Part shown: in pieces, positions 58,418-64,000 of the stretch
How the letters are laid out: every line of letters begins with the position of its first letter
How positions within the stretch are numbered: position 1 is the stretch's first letter
Origin: an uncultured virus (IMG/VR IMGVR_UViG_3300027808_002699)
Lineage: Duplodnaviria; Heunggongvirae; Uroviricota; Caudoviricetes
DNA length: 64,000 nt
Virus record (IMG/VR): IMGVR_UViG_3300027808_002699
Strand: one strand, 5' to 3'
The notes under the pieces: model-generated
Seen by the model: only the letters and a program-made list of their open reading frames with translations
Database searches by the model: none
What the model was told of the DNA's origin: nothing
Program-made: the position numbers and the translations under genes

Positions 58418-58747
58418 TTAATCAGTTGCTTTGAGTAGATTATCGAACGCTATACGCAGTTCTTCGGTAAGAGCGAGTATCCTTTTAAGGCCTTCAGCAT
58501 GAAGAGTTACTGTTTCTGAATCCGAATCAATTACAAAAAGGGCGATTTCGTCATTAAGTGTCTTTAGTGCAGTTTGAGCACTTTTGGAATTTGTGTTGAT
58601 TTGTTTAACTACTGCATCAAGATTCCTGCGATTAACGGAAGCAAATGGGTTAACAATTGTTTCGGCTGTATCTTTACCAGTCATCATTTTTCCTGGAATA
58701 CTGAAAGGAGTATTCTCGTAATCCATGCCAGATATATTTTTCATCAT
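58418..58747 (-). CDS. Hypothetical protein
   Basis: 109 aa ORF in operon orientation. Confidence 0.55.
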   Translation of the reverse strand: MMKNISGMDYENTPFSIPGKMMTGKDTAETIVNPFASVNRRNLDAVVKQINTNSKSAQTALKTLNDEIALFVIDSDSETVTLHAEGLKRILALTEELRIAFDNLLKATD

Positions 58748-58758
58748 AATATTTAGTC

Positions 58759-59286
58759 CTAACTAAAAGGATTTCCTTCTGCCCATGCTACTAGCGCCCA
58801 TCGTTCACCAGAAGTTACTGGAGAAACCTCATAAAGAGTCCATGATGGCCACACAACAGCAATTCCGCGTTCTGGAGTTATAGCAATACTATCTGCTCCA
58901 GTATGCAAAAACACATCACATCCAGAATAATCATCTTTTTCTGACAACTGAATTGTCATAAAGAGTTTTCTGCGGTTTTTACCTGCTGACCAATCTGTAT
59001 GCGCTTCTTCGTAGTCGCCATCCCTATAACGAATTATTTCAATAAATATATTGGTGTAGTAGAAATGAAGATAGTTTCCAACAACAAACACTTTTCTAAT
59101 ATGCTCATAGAGACCAGAAAACTTATTTTCGTCTATAGCAAATTTACGAGTCAAATTATTTGACTTATATGATTCTTGAGACTGAAGGGCAAGGGATATG
59201 ATTTGTTCACATTCTTCCGATGTGAATACAGATATCTCGCTTGCTATTCCTACTAAATTGGGATTTTTTCTGTGTGTATGATGCAT
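58759..59286 (-). CDS. 2OG-Fe(II) oxygenase-like protein (PKHD-type), distal His replaced by Tyr
   Basis: FT.EEC..II, Y..GD....HTD, RKL...IQLS...Y.G, PSW.LYEV.PVT.G.RW.LV.W. Confidence 0.85.
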   Translation of the reverse strand: MHHTHRKNPNLVGIASEISVFTSEECEQIISLALQSQESYKSNNLTRKFAIDENKFSGLYEHIRKVFVVGNYLHFYYTNIFIEIIRYRDGDYEEAHTDWSAGKNRRKLFMTIQLSEKDDYSGCDVFLHTGADSIAITPERGIAVVWPSWTLYEVSPVTSGERWALVAWAEGNPFS

Positions 59287-59633
59287 ATTGTTGGTATCGG
59301 TTCTGTTGTAAACCAGAGCATTGGAAGTCCTTCAAATGCTGCTAGTTGTGGTGCTTTATTAGAATGCTCGTCTAGTAAATCTAAGTCAATACTGGCAATA
59401 TAAAAGTGGTCGTAATCACCGATTACTGGTATTTTATGAGTTTCTCCATTGAGTTCCATCTCAACAGTTTCATCAAAAATCTTAAATGTTCCTGCTTTTT
59501 TACCAGCATCACACGCATCTTCCTTTTCAACAAAGATTGCTATTCCTGAATCACCATATTTTTTATAGATGCCACTTTCTATAACGGCATCATATTCCCA
59601 TACTGGTACATGAACGAATCCATAGTTTGTCAC
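59253..59633 (-). CDS. Hypothetical protein
   Basis: 126 aa, overlapping both neighbours. Confidence 0.6.
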   Translation of the reverse strand: MTNYGFVHVPVWEYDAVIESGIYKKYGDSGIAIFVEKEDACDAGKKAGTFKIFDETVEMELNGETHKIPVIGDYDHFYIASIDLDLLDEHSNKAPQLAAFEGLPMLWFTTEPIPTICIIHTEKIPI

Positions 59634-60751
59634 TTATTCACCTTAAAACCCCAATTTGCAAGTCCACGGCCTTCATCATATAGAACTGCTGAAATTCTTA
59701 CATTGCATTCAGGTTCTAACAAAGCGCTCATTTTTCCATATGGAGTATTGCATACTTGTGAGGTCAAAGTAGACCAAGTTGAATTAATTTGTAAAAGACC
59801 AGAGTCATATGAGGCAACCGCTTTACACTTCTTATAAATGTTTGCTGGTGCAAGTTTACAGTTCCAGTGTCCACTTCCCTGCTTATAGTTCCATCCAATT
59901 GCTTTTGAAAGGCAACGAGATTCGCGATACATAATGTATGAGTAAAGTTGAACTGGAAGTTCATATTTTTTAAGTAGTGGCTCCCATTCAGGACAACGCA
60001 TTGTCTTGTCTGAAGGAACCCGCTTCATGGCCTGTCGAATTCTATTTCTTTCTTCAGTGCTTCTTTTAACTTGCACAGAGTTTCCAATAGAACTTTTGCT
60101 TACAGAACTTTTTTTAACATTATTATTTTGTTTTGAGTTTTCTGTCGCAGTTGGGCGGGTCTTCAGCCACTCAGTCATTCCTGCTTGGGTGTACCTATCT
60201 CGTGCAGGTTTGCGTGTTTTCCAGTTCACACAATTCTTTCCCCAGTTCTTCATGCTTCTCCAACCAACTGCTGGTCGGAAGTAAGGATTTTTATTTAACT
60301 TGTCATCTAAAGTTCCAAAGGTATTCTTTGTCTGGAATCCAAAGAAAGCAGTACGGTTGGCAACAATAATCTGTTCTTCTTTAGTTGCCTTAGATGGGCG
60401 AGATGCAAACTGCTTGCCTCCGTAGTTCACCCATACTGACTGAGCCATGCCAAGTCCGCCTGAGTAATAGCCACCATCATTCCATTTATGGTTGGTCTCA
60501 CACCAAGAGACTGCTTCCCAAAATTTAATTGAGCCACCCTTTTTCGATTTTAGTTGATGCTGAAGTTCAACGGGCAATTCGACTAGACCCATTTGTTTCA
60601 CTTTCCCAGAAAAGTCATTCTTGACTGAAAGTGTTGAAACCTGTGTTGTTATTGGTGTTGTAATTTTTTGTTCGGGTTTGTCAAATACTCCAGAGAGTAA
60701 AGTCAAAGTAGCGGTTAAAAGGGCAATGATAGTACGGTAACTTAAAACCAT
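59630..60751 (-). CDS. Exported protein with an Rpf-like transglycosylase domain and a second SLT-like lytic transglycosylase domain
   Basis: Signal peptide; WEAV.WCE...W....GYY.GGL.....W..YGG..FA..P..AT.EEQI.VA (Rpf); IM.RESRC...DSGLLQIN..W.......L..PE.N...A..LY...G...W (SLT). Confidence 0.88.
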   Translation of the reverse strand: MVLSYRTIIALLTATLTLLSGVFDKPEQKITTPITTQVSTLSVKNDFSGKVKQMGLVELPVELQHQLKSKKGGSIKFWEAVSWCETNHKWNDGGYYSGGLGMAQSVWVNYGGKQFASRPSKATKEEQIIVANRTAFFGFQTKNTFGTLDDKLNKNPYFRPAVGWRSMKNWGKNCVNWKTRKPARDRYTQAGMTEWLKTRPTATENSKQNNNVKKSSVSKSSIGNSVQVKRSTEERNRIRQAMKRVPSDKTMRCPEWEPLLKKYELPVQLYSYIMYRESRCLSKAIGWNYKQGSGHWNCKLAPANIYKKCKAVASYDSGLLQINSTWSTLTSQVCNTPYGKMSALLEPECNVRISAVLYDEGRGLANWGFKVNK

Positions 60752-60765
60752 ATGTTCTCCTTGTC

Positions 60766-61203
60766 CTACTGCGGCGGCAACCTTTTGGTAAGATTGAGAC
60801 GCTCTGCCTCAGCGGGATTATCGTGTTTCCAGGTGTGATGCGCTCGGCACAACACCTGACAGTTGGATGCGTCTAAATGGGAACCGCCTCTGCCGCGTGG
60901 AATAATCTCATCGACATCTAATGGTCCCCAACATTCTATTAAGTTTACAATATGCTTTGCTTGACATTGCATATGGTCTCTCAATAGAACTTCTATTCTA
61001 ACAACTTCCCTATCTCGCATTTGCGATTTAGTTTTTTTGCTAAACATGTTGACTGGACCCCTTTTCATAGAAGAGGGGCGGTCTTCACATTCATACACTC
61101 TAGCGATTCCATCCGAATAAACACGCAAAGAACCATAAATAGGGCAATTTTCTTTAGAACAGTTCTCTTTTCTGCCTTCACATTCACCTTTTCTTTTATT
61201 CAC
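60766..61203 (-). CDS. HNH endonuclease (terminase-associated)
   Basis: RD...CQ.....C.G.LD..EI.PR..GG......N...LCR.HH..KH; directly downstream of TerL. Confidence 0.8.
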   Translation of the reverse strand: MNKRKGECEGRKENCSKENCPIYGSLRVYSDGIARVYECEDRPSSMKRGPVNMFSKKTKSQMRDREVVRIEVLLRDHMQCQAKHIVNLIECWGPLDVDEIIPRGRGGSHLDASNCQVLCRAHHTWKHDNPAEAERLNLTKRLPPQ

Positions 61204-62528
61204 AATATGATTCTTACCTTTGTTTTGTTGTTTTTACCGACTAATGCCTGTATAGCGCCTGATACAGCATCAACTTGGTCATCGTGCGCACCATATGGGA
61301 ATACTTCGCATTCGTCAATTAAAATGCTGTTCCATCCTGCTCGCATAACAAATACATTTCCAGATTCAGATGCTGAAGAAAATACTGAAGCGCGTTCTTG
61401 TTTAGAACCAGATGCTCTGATTCCGCGAAAGTTATAACCTTGTAAAACAGTTCGTGCGTAGTGGTCAATAACATTCACTCCAGATGAACCTGGTTCTTGC
61501 TCCATGATAATTGCTGTTCCAATTCCGTCACGAGATGCAGTTTGAGTAATCTTTTTTTCTACTTCGTATGGAGTACCACGCATACGCTCAATGTCCAAGA
61601 TGAAGTATCTTCCATCCTTCATTCCAACAAGTGCGCCTACCGTCCAGTCAGGGTCATTGCTTTTTGTTTTTACAGTTGCCGCCAAGTCCCAGTATCTAAC
61701 TGTTTTCATTCCTTCTGGAATATTGCCAGTGATTTGAAACCAGTCACCCTTAAACATTCCGCCTTCTTCGCGGATGTCCCAGTTACCATCAAGCAGTCGT
61801 GAACGCTCTACATAGTCAAGTTCATTAAGACCCTTGATATACGCTTCGGCATCAAGAGATGGGTTATCACTAATTCTTGAAGGCATAAACTTTCGCTCTG
61901 TGCTTTTGTTAAGAATGAAACGCTCGTACACCCAGTTGTTTCCAGGACCACCTGGGTTTGTCGCTCCTCTTGTTCTAAGAGGAATGTCTGCTGCTGTTAA
62001 TCCACAATCAGGACATGCTTTCATGTCTGCTTGGACTGCTGGCTTACGAACACGAGAGAACCCAACATAGCGATAAACGCGGTCAGTCTTCCACTGTGTT
62101 AATTCGTCTACTCCAACAAAGTGATAAGCAAATGACTGGAACTTATAACGGTCCTCATCTCGTTCACAATGGTCAAAAGAAAGCATTGCTCCAGAGGGGA
62201 ATGTCCAACGCTTATTGGTTACGGAATATGTAGCGCCACTTCCAGCAAGCCATTCGTTACAACGGTCGATAAAACCGTCTGGTCCAGAAAGTTGTGGGTA
62301 TGTCTGACGCAAAAGAAGCGCCGAATACCCAGGGATACATACATACTGAAGAGCACTTAGTAGGAGAGTGTCAGACTTTCCACCACCAGCGGCTCCACCA
62401 AATAGTGCTTCTCTAGTCGTTCCCCATGTCAGGAACGCTGTCTGCTTCGGGTGAGGCGTGTGGGGAAGCCTCAGTGCGCACGGCTGTTTCCAGTCCGTTA
62501 GTGTCGATAATTGGTCCCGTGATGTCAT
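61200..62528 (-). CDS. terL: Terminase large subunit
   Basis: GGAAGGGKS Walker A, VDELT Walker B, ATNPGG.G..WV, WDLA, EQEPGSSG, FP.G.HDDQVDA. Confidence 0.97.
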   Translation of the reverse strand: MTSRDQLSTLTDWKQPCALRLPHTPHPKQTAFLTWGTTREALFGGAAGGGKSDTLLLSALQYVCIPGYSALLLRQTYPQLSGPDGFIDRCNEWLAGSGATYSVTNKRWTFPSGAMLSFDHCERDEDRYKFQSFAYHFVGVDELTQWKTDRVYRYVGFSRVRKPAVQADMKACPDCGLTAADIPLRTRGATNPGGPGNNWVYERFILNKSTERKFMPSRISDNPSLDAEAYIKGLNELDYVERSRLLDGNWDIREEGGMFKGDWFQITGNIPEGMKTVRYWDLAATVKTKSNDPDWTVGALVGMKDGRYFILDIERMRGTPYEVEKKITQTASRDGIGTAIIMEQEPGSSGVNVIDHYARTVLQGYNFRGIRASGSKQERASVFSSASESGNVFVMRAGWNSILIDECEVFPYGAHDDQVDAVSGAIQALVGKNNKTKVRIIL

Positions 62529-63102
62529 CTATAACCTCTGCATCAATAGTGCCGTCCCATGCATTAAGAACATTGTTTGGCAGGTCTCCTGCTTCGACAA
62601 GTGCTGCAAGTACGGCGCGTTTTCTATCTTCATCTTCAACAAGAGAATGTCTCATCTCTGTTTGTATTGCTCCACCGCCAAGGCCAGTAAGTTCTACCTT
62701 GAGGGTATTTGAGTCACCCCATTCATCAGGCCAGCGCTTAGCAAGGAATGCTTGAGCGGCTTTCCAGTCGCCTTGACGGGCTTCTCTAAACCAAGAGACC
62801 ACAAGACCTGCTTGTGCTTCTGCTTCGGCCTTCATCATGCTTTGCACGAATTCAAGATATGGGGCTTCTAGTTTGGTTGGTGCTTCACCTTGTTCGATGC
62901 GCCACTGTTCTTCTGAACCGCGCTTAACCCATCCTGATACTGCTGACTTAGAAATACCTGCTGCCTGCGCGGCCATTGAAGGACGCATGCCTGCACGAAT
63001 CAAATCCACAATGGTTGGACCCAAGATTTCACAAGTTGTGACTTGAACTCCACCAATTTTTCGTGGTGCAGCATCACCGACAGCCTTTTTCCGCTCAGCC
63101 AT
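62413..63102 (-). CDS. terS: Putative terminase small subunit
   Basis: HTH (AAQAAGISKS.V..W..RG), AEAE, DWKAA..FL..R.P.EWG; directly upstream of TerL. Confidence 0.7.
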   Translation of the reverse strand: MAERKKAVGDAAPRKIGGVQVTTCEILGPTIVDLIRAGMRPSMAAQAAGISKSAVSGWVKRGSEEQWRIEQGEAPTKLEAPYLEFVQSMMKAEAEAQAGLVVSWFREARQGDWKAAQAFLAKRWPDEWGDSNTLKVELTGLGGGAIQTEMRHSLVEDEDRKRAVLAALVEAGDLPNNVLNAWDGTIDAEVIDDITGPIIDTNGLETAVRTEASPHASPEADSVPDMGND

Positions 63103-63356
63103 TATTTATCCGAAAGTTTCTGAATATACATTAAATTTCGAGGCTTAGGGACATGCGTTCTAACTTTAATATTGTGACGGGCTGCAGCCATGTATACAGC
63201 AGACCTCATCGATTCAATATCTGCATCGAAATCTTCACCTTGTTTGAGAAGCCAGACGCTTCCATCAAACCATTTGCTCCACGGATACTTCTCTTCGTTT
63301 GCTCGTGGTGGGAATCTAAGTTCTCCTAGAATATCGTCACTCATCTTGTTCTCCAT
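63102..63356 (-). CDS. Hypothetical phage protein
   Basis: KYPW..WFDG..W.L..GEDF pattern. Confidence 0.65.
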   Translation of the reverse strand: MENKMSDDILGELRFPPRANEEKYPWSKWFDGSVWLLKQGEDFDADIESMRSAVYMAAARHNIKVRTHVPKPRNLMYIQKLSDK

Positions 63357-63693
63357 ATTGTTTATCTAATTCGCCGTTTATTGGTTTCCCAGGATTTTCT
63401 TTCATCCACTCGGAAACTACCTCTTTAAGTTCTTCTTCATTATTTCTAATGTTGTCTACGATTGTCGCAATCCATCCAGTAGTAAAACCAGTTGCCTGAG
63501 CAATTGCTTCCATAGAGCCACCACCAGTGCGCCATACATTAAAAATGTCCCACCTAAGTTTCTTAGTGGCAATGTCTGCCTGATTCCTAAGAACTTCTAC
63601 TGCTTGCCTGCGCCGTCCTAAGCGTTCTAAGTCTTCTTTACGGACTTGTTTAACTCGCGACACCTTTGGCATCTCGCTAACGCGCTTAGCCAT
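63337..63693 (-). CDS. Hypothetical protein, possible HTH
   Basis: G.SM..IA.ATG.T...I..IV. Confidence 0.55.
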   Translation of the reverse strand: MAKRVSEMPKVSRVKQVRKEDLERLGRRRQAVEVLRNQADIATKKLRWDIFNVWRTGGGSMEAIAQATGFTTGWIATIVDNIRNNEEELKEVVSEWMKENPGKPINGELDKQYGEQDE

Positions 63694-63694
63694 G

Positions 63695-63919
63695 TCAGAG
63701 GCCTTGCGTCAGTTGCTTGTACACATCTGGACGATTTGTGATAATCCAGTCCAATGCATCTCTCGCTACCTTTTGGAATTCGTACTGTGTTTCAGGCGAA
63801 CCTGACCTACGGTACTTCTTCAGGTATTCACTATTGGCCCGCTTGCAGTCTGGACACCTACACAGGTGCTTAATGTATGTAGTTCGATTGCCATGTCGAA
63901 GACTTTTATTAATATACAC
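63695..63919 (-). CDS. Small zinc-binding protein (HG...Y...CRC..C)
   Basis: HGN.TTY....CRC..C..AN..Y motif common in actinophages. Confidence 0.65.
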   Translation of the reverse strand: MYINKSLRHGNRTTYIKHLCRCPDCKRANSEYLKKYRRSGSPETQYEFQKVARDALDWIITNRPDVYKQLTQGL

Positions 63920-64000
63920 AATTACGCTTCTAGATAGTTCTGAAGGTCACCATTGTATTCAGGACACAGATACATAATTGCTCCAGTAATTACTGCTGCG

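Noticed and set aside
62413..62528. Programmed TerS-TerL frameshift fusion suggested by the 116-nt overlap
   Set aside because: TerL has its own ATG with a GAGG element upstream, and the TerS tail in the overlap looks like unconstrained run-on; no slippery site is evident.
61200..62528. Intein or intron in TerL (CPDCG insertion)
   Set aside because: The protein has normal length and continuous motifs; the insertion is short and lacks splicing motifs.

Overview
A 64 kb segment of a tailed dsDNA phage genome with siphovirus architecture: HK97-type capsid, portal, TP901-type tape measure, no sheath gene. Almost every gene is on the minus strand; the only convincing plus-strand gene is a cytochrome P450. 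WhiB, an Rpf-like transglycosylase and many apparently leaderless genes point to an actinobacterial host (inference). In transcription order (right to left): terminase, HNH and Rpf; exonuclease, Nmad1-like protein and SSB; head and neck genes; a ~26 kb block of collagen-like, Gly-rich and His-rich fibre genes interleaved with tailoring enzymes (2OG-Fe(II) oxygenase, flavin-dependent halogenase, P450, GT4 glycosyltransferase), followed by lysis, WhiB and SNF2 genes; the tail module with a -1 frameshift chaperone; recombination and replication genes; and a ParB-ParB / ParB-methyltransferase / CmoA operon. The best candidates for undescribed biology are (1) the CmoA + ParB-methyltransferase operon, a possible carboxymethyl base-modification system, (2) the His-rich fibre with its halogenase, oxygenase, P450 and glycosyltransferase, a possible virion-tailoring cluster, and (3) a structured non-coding element downstream of ssb. 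All calls come from motif recognition by eye; no database search or folding program was run.
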